A stretch of 32,000 nucleotides of DNA from Candidatus Nitrospira inopinata. GTDB taxonomy: Bacteria; Nitrospirota; Nitrospiria; Nitrospirales; Nitrospiraceae. The stretch spans positions 330,001 to 362,000 of the forward strand of contig NZ_LN885086.1 of the NCBI RefSeq assembly GCF_001458695.1, in the 5' to 3' direction. Positions 7,538 to 16,866 of the stretch are shown one piece after another (within the stretch, counting starts at the first letter, position 1; every line of letters begins with the position of its first letter). The notes beneath the pieces were generated by a model, which was not told the origin of the DNA, searched no databases, and saw only the letters and a program-made list of their open reading frames with translations. A program made the translations under genes and the position numbers.

Positions 7538-8932
7538 CTACTCTCCCTGAATCGGCACGTACAGGACGTTCCCCTGCCGATTGACGAGCAGGAGGGCAAG
7601 ATCGGTCGGTTTGAGAGGATCGGCCAGCCGCTGCAAGGTGGAAAAACTCAAGACGGGCTGTCGGTTGAGTTCAAGAATGACGTCGCCCGGCTGAAGACCG
7701 GACACCTCGGCCGGCGCCCCCTCCTCGATATCGGTCACGACGACACCGCTCGTGACGGGCAAGTCCATCTGCCTCGCGAGCGAGACGGTGATGTCATCGA
7801 ACACCACGCCGGAGAGCGGATGCACGGCGGAGGCGACCGACGACGAGAGTTGGGCCTTCTTGGCTCGCTCGCGCGGAGCCTCTTGGATCACCAGTTCGGC
7901 CTGGTGCGGTCTGCCGTCTCGGATGAGATCGATCTGATGTTTGCTGCCGATCGGGGCTTGCGCGATGAGATTGCGCAGATGACCGCTGTCCATGACGTCG
8001 CGGCCGCCGAAACGCACGACCACGTCTCCCCGCTTGAGGCCGGCCCGTTCGGCCGACCCCTTGGGCTGCACGTCCGTCACGATCGCGCCCTTGATATCCG
8101 GCAGGCGGAAAATCTTGGCCAGCATCGGGCTCACGTCCTGCGTCGAGGCTCCGAGAAATCCTCGGACGACCCGACCGGTTTTGAGCAAACTTTGCATCGC
8201 GGCGCGAGCCATGTTGCTGGGAATCGCAAAGCCGACCCCCACGTTCCCGCCGGTGGGGCTCGCGATCGCCGTGTTGATGCCCACCAACTCGCCGTGGATG
8301 TTGACGAGGGCTCCTCCCGAATTCCCCGGATTGATTGGCGCATCGGTTTGGATGAAGTCCTCGAAGTCCGCCACACCGACATCCGCCCGTCCGACGGCGC
8401 TCACGATGCCGAAGGTCACGGTACGACTCAGTCCGAGCGGGCTGCCGATCGCCAACACAAAGTCCCCCACCGCGAGCTTGCTCGAGTCGCCCCAGGTCGC
8501 CGCCGCCAGATTCGTCGCTTGAATTTTCACCACCGCCACGTCGGTTTTCGGATCGCTCGCTACCACCTTCCCCTTGAACTGACGGCGATCAGACAAAATG
8601 ACTTCGACGTCGACCGCGTCGGCCACCACGTGGTTGTTCGTGACGATCAATCCGTCCGGCGAAACGATCACCCCGGACCCTTGGCCATATTGCCGGCGGG
8701 CCGGAGGCTCCTTGAACAGCCCGAACGGTAACGCCTCATCGCTGAACGCCTGGTCGCGCACCACCACGGTGGAGGCGATGCTCACCACCGCCGGAATGAC
8801 CTTGCCGGCGGCGGCCTTCACTTGACTCTGCAAATCCTGTCCACCGGCCGCGCGGACATCCGGCACATCCATCATCAAGCAGGCGAACACAGCCCAACCC
8901 GCTCTCATGCTCCAGACGGCCCATCCATTCAT
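7538..8932 (-). CDS. HtrA/DegP-family periplasmic serine endoprotease with two PDZ domains
   Basis: Catalytic motifs are present: TNNHVV (His), DVAVVK (Asp) and GNSGGALV (Ser). Two PDZ-like segments follow. The start is uncertain: ATG at 8932 or 8908, while the ORF is open to 9094. Confidence 0.9.
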   Translation of the reverse strand: MNGWAVWSMRAGWAVFACLMMDVPDVRAAGGQDLQSQVKAAAGKVIPAVVSIASTVVVRDQAFSDEALPFGLFKEPPARRQYGQGSGVIVSPDGLIVTNNHVVADAVDVEVILSDRRQFKGKVVASDPKTDVAVVKIQATNLAAATWGDSSKLAVGDFVLAIGSPLGLSRTVTFGIVSAVGRADVGVADFEDFIQTDAPINPGNSGGALVNIHGELVGINTAIASPTGGNVGVGFAIPSNMARAAMQSLLKTGRVVRGFLGASTQDVSPMLAKIFRLPDIKGAIVTDVQPKGSAERAGLKRGDVVVRFGGRDVMDSGHLRNLIAQAPIGSKHQIDLIRDGRPHQAELVIQEAPRERAKKAQLSSSVASAVHPLSGVVFDDITVSLARQMDLPVTSGVVVTDIEEGAPAEVSGLQPGDVILELNRQPVLSFSTLQRLADPLKPTDLALLLVNRQGNVLYVPIQGE

Positions 8933-9084
8933 CAACCGGCGCGTGTTCACTGGCCACACTCCCTTTTGATCATCTGGCCCCAGATCCAAATGGCAATGCT
9001 GCGCGAACCTACCATAGGAAACCGACTTCTGCATCATATTCGAGAGAGGCGTTCCTCTGGACAGAGGAGGGAGAACGGGCCCTC

Positions 9085-9918
9085 TTAAAACCACAGCCGC
9101 ACGCCGGCCACAAAACGAAGCTGACTGGGATTGCCGCCCTCGTCTCTCACCAACGTCGCGGTTTCGCCGAAACTTCGATCGATCGAGAATCCGACATAGG
9201 GGGCGAATTCCCGTCGGATCTCATAGCGGAGCCGCAGCCCGAACTCCAGATTGTTGAGGCCGGAGCCGGTTGTAAACCGCTCGACCCGTTGCGCCGCCAC
9301 GTTCGTTTCGAACCGCCCTTGCAGGATCAATCGCTGCGTCAGCAAGAAATCCTTCGTCAACGACAGCCGCCCCGAAACATGACCGCCTTGATCAATGAAG
9401 AGCGCGGCCTCCAGTTCATAATTGTACGGCACGAGGCCCTGGATGCCGATCACACCCAGTCCGCGCGTCACATTCCGTCCGCGGAACTGTTGCGTTTCAA
9501 TGCGCGAGCCGATCTGTACATCGTAGTATTTCGCGATGAACCGGCCGTACAACAGTTGGAAGTCCACGTCGTAGTCGGCCTTGAACGCCGTATCCTGCTG
9601 TCCCTCGCTTTTGAACCACAGCCGGTGATGGTCGCCGCCGTACCATCCGTCGATGTCCCATCGATAATCGTCCCGGCCGGGGCGGGCACCGCCGGCCGGA
9701 CGATATTCCAGCACGTCAATCAGCGTAAACAGATAGGGCCGCTGGTCGTGCACGGGGCTCGGCCAATTCGCCAACGGAGGGGGCAGCGGTATTGGTGGCG
9801 ACAGGGGAGATTCGGTCGATGGTTGTGCGCCGGCATCGGAGGCCAGACCGATCCCCACGAAGCAGGCCACGAAGCAAGCCAGGACAGCCGCCCACGGCCA
9901 TGGCCTCCCAGTCCTCAT
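9085..9918 (-). CDS. copB: Copper resistance protein B (CopB/PcoB outer-membrane protein)
   Basis: The ATG at 9918 overlaps the copA stop (ATGA). There is a signal peptide, and the DYRWDIDGWYGGDHHRLWFKSEG block is typical of CopB. The protein ends in an aromatic residue (RLWF), as beta-barrel proteins do. Confidence 0.85.
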   Translation of the reverse strand: MRTGRPWPWAAVLACFVACFVGIGLASDAGAQPSTESPLSPPIPLPPPLANWPSPVHDQRPYLFTLIDVLEYRPAGGARPGRDDYRWDIDGWYGGDHHRLWFKSEGQQDTAFKADYDVDFQLLYGRFIAKYYDVQIGSRIETQQFRGRNVTRGLGVIGIQGLVPYNYELEAALFIDQGGHVSGRLSLTKDFLLTQRLILQGRFETNVAAQRVERFTTGSGLNNLEFGLRLRYEIRREFAPYVGFSIDRSFGETATLVRDEGGNPSQLRFVAGVRLWF

Positions 9919-11807
9919 GACGGGCTGTTCCGCTCGCCGCCGGCAACCTCGACGACTCTGAACATCCCGGCCTCCATGTGCAACAAGAGATGACAGTGGA
10001 GCGCCCACCGCCCGGGGGCGTCAACCGTCACGGCGACGGAGAGCCGCTCCGCCGGTTTGACGATCACCGTATGCTTACGCGGCAGAAACTCGCCGGCGCC
10101 ATTTTCCAGCTCCATCCACATCCCGTGCAGATGAATCGGGTGCTCCATCATCGTATCGTTCACGAAGACCAGCCGCAGCCGCTCGCCGTCGCGAAGGGGG
10201 ATCGGGGCGGGGGCCTCCGAATACTTCCTGCCGTCGAACGACCAGAGATACCGCACCATGTGGCCGGTGAGATGCAGTTCGATCGACCGTTCCGGCTCCC
10301 GTCGGTCATCCATGGGAGCGAGCCGTTTCAAGTCGGTATAGACCAACACCCGCCGTTCCATTTGATCAAGCCCCGTTCCCGGTTCCATCAGCCGGCTCCT
10401 GGCATATTCGGCTACCATCTGATTACCGGTTCCATGGTCGTCAGGACCATGCCGAACCCACTCCATGCCGACACCGCCAGAGAGTGCCCGACCCGCGACC
10501 ATTCCATGGCCATGCCCCGCGTGACCTTCGTCGGGCGAATGTCCAGGCGATCCGTGCCGAGCCTGTGCCATCCCATGTGACCGGTGCTCGTCACGCCCCG
10601 CATCCATCCCGGCCATGATCATTCCTTCCATCTCCATCTTCATACCCATCCCCATGTCATCCATCGTGCGGAGCGGACGTGGGCGGCGCGGGGGAAGATC
10701 GCCGCTCATACCAGGTCGCGGGGCAAGCGTGCCTCGTGCGTAGCCGCTTCGATCCATCGCCTCGGCGAAAATGGTATAGGCTCGGTCTTCCTCCGGCCGA
10801 ACGATCACGTCGTAGGTCTCAGCCGGCCCCATACGCAGTTCCTCCACCGTGACCGGTTGAACATTCTGCCCGTCGGCCTGCACGACCCTCATGGCGAGCC
10901 CCGGCACCCGCACATCGAAAAATGTCGTGGCCGCCGCATTGATCAATCGCAACCGCACCGACTCGCCGGGCTGAAACAGCCCCGTCCAGTTTCCAGACGG
11001 CGAAAGACCGTTCAGCAGATAGATCAAGGCGGAGCCGGTCACGTCGGCAAAATCCGTCGGGTCCATCCTCATCCAGTCCCACAGCAAATAATCCTGAAGC
11101 GCCGGCCAAAATCCCATCCGTCTCACATCCGACACGAATTCCACCGCCGTTCGTTTTTGAAAGTTGTAGTATCCACTGGTCTTCTTGAGATTGGCCAGAA
11201 TCGTCTCCGGTTCCTCGACACTCCAGTCCGACAACAGCACGACATAGTCACGGTCAGAGCGAACAGGCTCTGGTTCCCGTGGCTCGATGATCAACGGCCC
11301 GTACATCCCCTTCAATTCCTGGCCGCCTGAATGGCTGTGGTACCAATAGGTACCGTTCTGTTGCACCGGAAAACGATAGGTAAAGCTCTCGCCCGGTTCG
11401 ATGCCCGCGAAACTGACGCCGGGAACCCCATCCATCTCGAACGGCAGCAGAATCCCGTGCCAATGAATCGAGGTCGGCTCCCGCAAATGGTTCGTCACGC
11501 GGATCGTAACCTCTTGCCCTTCCTGTAGTCGAAGGAGAGGGCCGGGAACCGTGCCGTTGATCGTCACGGCGGTGCCGGCCCGTCCATCGACCGTGAAGGA
11601 TCGCTCGCCGATCACGAGATCGATCAGCTCGCCGCTCAGGACCGACGGTTGCGTGCCGGCAGAGGGACCACGATGGCTCGCCCGGCCTGCGCACGCCGCA
11701 AGAAGCGACGGGATCGCCGCCAGCAACCCCAGCGCCCCGGCCCGTTTCAGCAGCAGACGTCTCGAAATCCCACCGCTCTCCTCTTCTGCTTCCTCGCGAT
11801 GCCGCAT
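9915..11807 (-). CDS. copA: Copper resistance multicopper oxidase CopA/PcoA (Tat-exported)
   Basis: Trimmed to the ATG at 11807. Twin-arginine signal (SRRLLLKRAGALG). Copper-ligand motifs are HWHG, WYHSH, HPIHLHG and HCHLLLHME. There is an internal Met/His-rich insert (MDDMGMGMKMEMEGMIMAGM...HGHGM). Confidence 0.9.
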   Translation of the reverse strand: MRHREEAEEESGGISRRLLLKRAGALGLLAAIPSLLAACAGRASHRGPSAGTQPSVLSGELIDLVIGERSFTVDGRAGTAVTINGTVPGPLLRLQEGQEVTIRVTNHLREPTSIHWHGILLPFEMDGVPGVSFAGIEPGESFTYRFPVQQNGTYWYHSHSGGQELKGMYGPLIIEPREPEPVRSDRDYVVLLSDWSVEEPETILANLKKTSGYYNFQKRTAVEFVSDVRRMGFWPALQDYLLWDWMRMDPTDFADVTGSALIYLLNGLSPSGNWTGLFQPGESVRLRLINAAATTFFDVRVPGLAMRVVQADGQNVQPVTVEELRMGPAETYDVIVRPEEDRAYTIFAEAMDRSGYARGTLAPRPGMSGDLPPRRPRPLRTMDDMGMGMKMEMEGMIMAGMDAGRDEHRSHGMAQARHGSPGHSPDEGHAGHGHGMVAGRALSGGVGMEWVRHGPDDHGTGNQMVAEYARSRLMEPGTGLDQMERRVLVYTDLKRLAPMDDRREPERSIELHLTGHMVRYLWSFDGRKYSEAPAPIPLRDGERLRLVFVNDTMMEHPIHLHGMWMELENGAGEFLPRKHTVIVKPAERLSVAVTVDAPGRWALHCHLLLHMEAGMFRVVEVAGGERNSPS

Positions 11808-12236
11808 GGCGCTTGACCCTCTGTTCCTTCCTGACAGGTGACCATGTTGACGCCGCATTCTACTCTTTCGGGGCCGGCAGAGATCCGCCCCGCCACAAGG
11901 CATAGAGCACCGGAATCACCAGCAATGTCAGCACGGTCGAGCTTATCATGCCGCCGATCATCGGCGCGGCGATGCGTTTCATCATGTCAGCGCCGGGGCC
12001 GGTGGTCCCCATGAGAGGGAGCAAGCCACCCATGATGGCGACGACGGTCATCATCTTGGGTCGCACGCGTTGCACCGCCCCCTCCATGATGGCCTCGCGC
12101 AGATCCTGCGCCGTGGCCAGGCGCCCTTCGCCCATACGCCGCTCAGCGGCTTCATCGAGATAGACCAGCATCACCACGCCCGTCTCCGCCGCCACGCCGG
12201 CCAGCGCAATGATTCCCACCCACACCGCCACGCTGA
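11553..12236. repeat. Direct repeat copy 1 (684 bp): copA 5' end + intergenic + cusA 3' end
   Basis: Base-for-base identical, by eye, to 19930-20613 at a constant offset of 8377 bp. The ORF-track peptides 11948..12163 and 20325..20540 are identical. Confidence 0.95.
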
Positions 12237-15018
12237 GATTGTAGCCCAGGAAATGGAGATACCAGATGGCTCCGATCGCAGCGAAGGGGACAGAAAGTAT
12301 TACGATCAGCGATTTCGCGAGCGAACGGAAATTGAGGTAGAGGAGCAACAGGATCACAGCCAGGGTCGCAGGAACCACCATTTTCAGCCGCTCTTCCGCC
12401 CGCATCAGATGTTCGTATTGCCCGGTCCAAATCAAGCGGTAGCCGGGCGGAAGCGTGACCAGCTCACGAACCACTCGTTGGGCCTCTTGCACATAGCCGC
12501 GCAAATCGCGGCCACTGACCGACACCGACACGAGCCCCACCAATGTGCCTGCCTCATCCGCGATCGACGGCGGCCCCTGGGTGATGACGAGATCTGCAAT
12601 GTGGCCAAGGGGAATTTGCGCACCGGTCGGTGTGGGAATGCGCACCCGCTTGAGCCGCTCCGGATCATCACGCAGCTCGCGCTTGTAGCGGATGATGACC
12701 GGGTACCGCTCCCGCCCCTCGACCGTCGTGGTCACGGTTTCTCCCCCGATAGCCGACGTGATGACCGCTTGCACATCTCCCACCGTCAAGCCGTAGCGAG
12801 CCGCCTCGCGCCGATTGATGATGAGATCCACGTAATAGCCTTCGTTCAGCCGCTCGGCGAAGGCGCTCGTCGTGCCGGGCACGGTCGCCAAGGCCCGCTC
12901 GATCTCGATACCGATTCGCTCGATCGTCTTTAAGTCAGGCCCCAGCACCTTGATCCCGACCGGACTCCGGACACCGGTCGTGATCATCTCCGTCCTGGTC
13001 TGGATCGGCATCCACCAGATGTTTGGAAATCCCGGAATGCGGAGCTTGGCATCCATCTCATCCAGTAAGCGATCCCAAGTCATGTCGGGTCGCCACTGGG
13101 TCTCTGGCTTCAATGTCGCGGTGATCTCGGCCATTCCGACGAAGGCCGGGTCGGTGGCCGTCGGCGCTTTTCCCATTTTGCCGAACACCCGTTCCACTTC
13201 CGGGAAGGTCATGAGCAACTGATCCTGGACCTGCAACACCTTGGCCGCTTCCGGGATGGAGAGGCCAGGGACGGTGGTCGGCATATAGAGGATGGTCCCC
13301 TCGTTCAGCGGCGGCATGAATTCGGCGCCGAGGCGCATGAACACCGGCACCGTGGCGGCCACGGACACGACCGCCACCCCCACCGTCAGCCACCGGATCC
13401 GCAATGCGCCCGCAAGAATGGGCCGATACAGGGCGATGAGCCACCGGTTCAGCGGGTTCTCGCGTTCCGCTCGGATACGTCCGCGAAGCAGAACCACCAT
13501 GAGTACCGGTGCCAATGTCACCGAGAGCGCGGCGGCAAAGAGCATCGAAAAGGTCTTGGTAGAAGCCAACGGTGCGAACAGTCGCCCTTCCTGCGCTTCC
13601 AAGGCGAAGATCGGCAGGAACGACACGGCGATCACCAGCAGCGAAAAGAACAGGGGCCGCCCGACCTCTTTTCCCGCCGCGACGATGATTTCCGTTCGGT
13701 TGCTTTCACGCCCGCCCGCCCCAGGCGCGCCGGGACGCGCCTCTTTCCACAAGGGAGATTGCTCCAACCGTTTATGGGCATTCTCGACCATCACGATCGC
13801 GGCATCGACCATCGCGCCGATGGCGATAGCGATGCCACCGAGTGACATGATGTTGGAGGTGATCTTCAAATAGGCCATCGGGATAAATGCGAGCAACACG
13901 GCCACCGGCAGGATCAGGATGGCCACTAACGCACTTCGAAAGTGACCTAGGAAGACCACCGCGACCAGGCCGACGATCACACTTTCTTCGAGCAGTTTCT
14001 CGCGGAGGACGGCGATCGCGCGACGAATGAGATCGGACCGATCGTAGGTAGGGACTATGCGTACGCCTTGGGGTAAGGCCGGGGCGATGTCTTCCAGCCT
14101 TGCTTTGATCCGCTCGACCACGGCAAGCGCGTTTTCTCCGGCCCGCATGATCACGATCCCGCCGACCGTCTGGCCCTTGCCGTCCAGTTCGGCAATGCCA
14201 CGACGCTGGTCCGGCCCAAGTTGGACATGAGCAATATCGCGAATGAAGATAGGCGTGCCTCGTCCATCCGTCCCGACCGGAATCAGTTCAATCTCATCAA
14301 CCGAGCGTAGGTAGCCACGTCCGCGGATGACATACTCGGTGCCGGCCATCTCCAACACTCGGCCGCTCACCTCCGCATTGCTCTTGCGGATCGCCTCGAT
14401 CACGGCTTGAATCGGGAGTCGATACGCCGCCAACGTGTTCGGATCCACTTCGATTTGGTACTGTTTGACAAATCCGCCGATCGATGAGACCTCCGCCACG
14501 CCGGGCACACTCTCCAATTGGTAACGCAGATACCAATCCTGAAGGCTGCGGAGCTGCGCCAAATCGTAGGTCCCGGATTCATCCACCAAGGCATACTGAT
14601 AGACCCACCCGACCCCGGTTGCATCCGGCCCCAAGGTCGGCGTGACACCGATTGGCAACTTGCCGGTGAGCCTCTGGAGATATTCGAGGACACGACTTCT
14701 CGCCCAGTACAAGTCTGTTCCATCTTCGAAGATCACGTAGACATAGGAAACTCCGTATTCCGAGACACCGCGGACCCGTTTGACCCTCGGACCAGCGAGC
14801 AGAGATGTCACGAGCGGGTAGGTAATTTGGTCTTCCATGAGAGTGGGGCTGCGCCCTGGCCACTCGGTGTAGATGATCACTTGGACATCGGACAGATCAG
14901 GAATCGCATCGAACGGAACCTGGAACAATGCCCAGACTCCCCAGGCTGCGAGCAGCGACACACAGAGGATAACTAGAACCGGATTGCGGGCGCTTCCTTC
15001 AATGAGTCGCGCGATCAT
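11860..15018 (-). CDS. cusA: CusA-type heavy-metal (Cu/Ag) RND efflux pump
   Basis: 1052 aa with full RND topology. The TM4 signature MSLGGIAIAIGAMVDAAIVMVENAHKRLE is almost identical to E. coli CusA. Confidence 0.95.
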   Translation of the reverse strand: MIARLIEGSARNPVLVILCVSLLAAWGVWALFQVPFDAIPDLSDVQVIIYTEWPGRSPTLMEDQITYPLVTSLLAGPRVKRVRGVSEYGVSYVYVIFEDGTDLYWARSRVLEYLQRLTGKLPIGVTPTLGPDATGVGWVYQYALVDESGTYDLAQLRSLQDWYLRYQLESVPGVAEVSSIGGFVKQYQIEVDPNTLAAYRLPIQAVIEAIRKSNAEVSGRVLEMAGTEYVIRGRGYLRSVDEIELIPVGTDGRGTPIFIRDIAHVQLGPDQRRGIAELDGKGQTVGGIVIMRAGENALAVVERIKARLEDIAPALPQGVRIVPTYDRSDLIRRAIAVLREKLLEESVIVGLVAVVFLGHFRSALVAILILPVAVLLAFIPMAYLKITSNIMSLGGIAIAIGAMVDAAIVMVENAHKRLEQSPLWKEARPGAPGAGGRESNRTEIIVAAGKEVGRPLFFSLLVIAVSFLPIFALEAQEGRLFAPLASTKTFSMLFAAALSVTLAPVLMVVLLRGRIRAERENPLNRWLIALYRPILAGALRIRWLTVGVAVVSVAATVPVFMRLGAEFMPPLNEGTILYMPTTVPGLSIPEAAKVLQVQDQLLMTFPEVERVFGKMGKAPTATDPAFVGMAEITATLKPETQWRPDMTWDRLLDEMDAKLRIPGFPNIWWMPIQTRTEMITTGVRSPVGIKVLGPDLKTIERIGIEIERALATVPGTTSAFAERLNEGYYVDLIINRREAARYGLTVGDVQAVITSAIGGETVTTTVEGRERYPVIIRYKRELRDDPERLKRVRIPTPTGAQIPLGHIADLVITQGPPSIADEAGTLVGLVSVSVSGRDLRGYVQEAQRVVRELVTLPPGYRLIWTGQYEHLMRAEERLKMVVPATLAVILLLLYLNFRSLAKSLIVILSVPFAAIGAIWYLHFLGYNLSVAVWVGIIALAGVAAETGVVMLVYLDEAAERRMGEGRLATAQDLREAIMEGAVQRVRPKMMTVVAIMGGLLPLMGTTGPGADMMKRIAAPMIGGMISSTVLTLLVIPVLYALWRGGSLPAPKE

Positions 15019-15084
15019 TCCTTCTCACCCCTCCTCGACCTGCCAAGACAGGCTGTTTTCCCGTTAGATGCCCGCTTTTCCCGG

Positions 15085-16866
15085 CTACAGGCCTCCCACG
15101 GCGACCGAGAACCGAAACCGCTCGACGATAGGCGGTTGGCCCGGCACCGTCACGTTGACCGTCACCACCCACGTGCCGGCCATACCGAACAGCACCGTGC
15201 CTTCGTAGAGCCCGTCATTGATGTGGTGCGCCGGCGCCTTGGAATCGATCATGCCCGGCATCGGCATGGTGTAGACGAAGAGGACTTGCGCATTCGTCAC
15301 CGGCTTGCCGGTCCGATCGGTCAATTTGAGTTTGAGCAGGGCTTCACCGGCCTTGGGCGTTTCGGGAAGAGTCCTGAAGTTCAGGATGTATCCGTCCGCC
15401 ACGCGAGTTTCAGAGACGGCTTTCCCTGAACCCGAGTCCATACCCGACATACCGCTCATGTCCTTCATCCCTGGCATTTCTTCCATGCCCTTCATACTCT
15501 CCATACCTTTCATCCCTTGCATGCCGGACATGCCTTCCATCCCTTCCATCTTGGCTTCATAGGCACCGCGCATTTGCCAGTCGCCCATGCCGATTCGACC
15601 CATCATGGCTTGCATGCTAGACGCCGAGGTCAATTTGCTCTCTGCGTCCAACAAGAAATTGGCCGAGGTGACGACCCGATCGCCCTCTTTAAGCCCTTCG
15701 AGAATTTCCACACGATCCCGCCCTTGTCGGCCAAGTTTGACGGCCATAGGTTCATACCGGCCTTCGCCCCGATCTATAAACACAAGCTGGCGAAGCCCGG
15801 TGTCCAACACAGCCTCCTTTGGCATCACCAAGGTCTTGCCCATATCGGTCCGTACGACCACGTTTCCGTACATGCCCGGCTTCAATGTCAGCTTGGGATT
15901 CGGCAATTCCAGCCGCACCCGTACGGTGCGGGCTCCTGTATTGAGCGTCGGGGACACATAAGCCACCTTGCCGTGGAATGATTTGCCTGGGTAGGCGGCA
16001 AAGGTGACCGTGACCGGCAGGCCGACTTTCACGGCCGCCATTTCTGATTCATAAATCTCGGCATGGATCCAGACCGTGGAGAGATCCGCGATCTCATACA
16101 GGATCGTGCCAGGCTCCACATATTTGCCCGGCAACGCCTCCCGCCTCATCACAATTCCAGACGACGGCGCATAGACCGTCAGAACCGGGCTGCCCTGACC
16201 TCGACGCTCCAGGGTCGCGATCTGCTCATCGGTCACATCCCAGAGGCGAAGTCGTTCTCGCGCGCTCGCCACGAGCGCAGCAGCGTGCTCCTTCGCGTCG
16301 GGTAGCGGGCTGGCAGCCAATTGAGCCTGCGCCCTGACCGCCAAAAGGTATTCTTCCTGGGTGGCAAGGAGATCCGGCGAGTAGAAGGTCAAGAGCGGTT
16401 CGCCTTTTCGAACCGGTTGACCGGTCGAATTGACGAAGACCTCTCTCACCCACCCCGATGTTTTCAGCGTGACTTGCGTAAATCCACGTTCATCGTAGCC
16501 GACCGTTCCAACCGCGCGGATCTCTTGCTCCAACATCGCGTAACCTACCGGAGCACTGCGGACGCCGATCGACTGCCTTACCACAGCCGGAACGGTCACC
16601 GCCACGGAGGGAACATCGGATGTGTCCCCTCCAGGGCCCATGCCCTTCATGGCCGTCGTTCTCTCCACCGACACCCCCTGCCTGTCTCCCCTGCTCGTCG
16701 CTCCCTCTATTTCTTCCATGGACATGCCGTCCATCCCATGGCCCCTCATCCCGGACATACCGTCCATTCCCCTATAGGCGGCGAAGAATCCGGCTATGGC
16801 CCCGACGAGCAAACCGGCCGCTGTACTCCAGACAGCAAGCCCTGCTCCGCGTCTATTGCGACTCAT
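15085..16866 (-). CDS. cusB: CusB-like RND periplasmic adaptor with Met-rich segments and a C-terminal YtkA/FixH-like domain
   Basis: Start set at the ATG at 16866 (GGAGGA plus 6 nt). Membrane-fusion-protein core (YAPSSGIVMRR...VWIHAEIYE...RVRLELPN). Met-rich tracts lie near the N-terminus and after the core. The last roughly 110 aa resemble the YtkA-like fold. Confidence 0.85.
   Translation of the reverse strand: MSRNRRGAGLAVWSTAAGLLVGAIAGFFAAYRGMDGMSGMRGHGMDGMSMEEIEGATSRGDRQGVSVERTTAMKGMGPGGDTSDVPSVAVTVPAVVRQSIGVRSAPVGYAMLEQEIRAVGTVGYDERGFTQVTLKTSGWVREVFVNSTGQPVRKGEPLLTFYSPDLLATQEEYLLAVRAQAQLAASPLPDAKEHAAALVASARERLRLWDVTDEQIATLERRGQGSPVLTVYAPSSGIVMRREALPGKYVEPGTILYEIADLSTVWIHAEIYESEMAAVKVGLPVTVTFAAYPGKSFHGKVAYVSPTLNTGARTVRVRLELPNPKLTLKPGMYGNVVVRTDMGKTLVMPKEAVLDTGLRQLVFIDRGEGRYEPMAVKLGRQGRDRVEILEGLKEGDRVVTSANFLLDAESKLTSASSMQAMMGRIGMGDWQMRGAYEAKMEGMEGMSGMQGMKGMESMKGMEEMPGMKDMSGMSGMDSGSGKAVSETRVADGYILNFRTLPETPKAGEALLKLKLTDRTGKPVTNAQVLFVYTMPMPGMIDSKAPAHHINDGLYEGTVLFGMAGTWVVTVNVTVPGQPPIVERFRFSVAVGGL

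Noticed and set aside
7820-8731. 303-aa + strand ORF
   Set aside because: It is antisense to the HtrA protease gene, whose catalytic triad motifs are intact.
9289-11330. Series of + strand ORFs (9289..9993, 9978..10580, 10584..11330)
   Set aside because: They are antisense shadows of copB and copA. They are His/Arg/Pro-rich and have no family resemblance.
12070-13873. + strand ORFs 12070..12933 and 13292..13873
   Set aside because: They are antisense to cusA, which is unambiguous.
15430-15560. Quasi-periodic DNA repeats, considered as a CRISPR or tandem-repeat locus
   Set aside because: The periodicity comes from repeated Met-Gly/Met-x codons inside the cusB reading frame. There is no repeat-spacer architecture.
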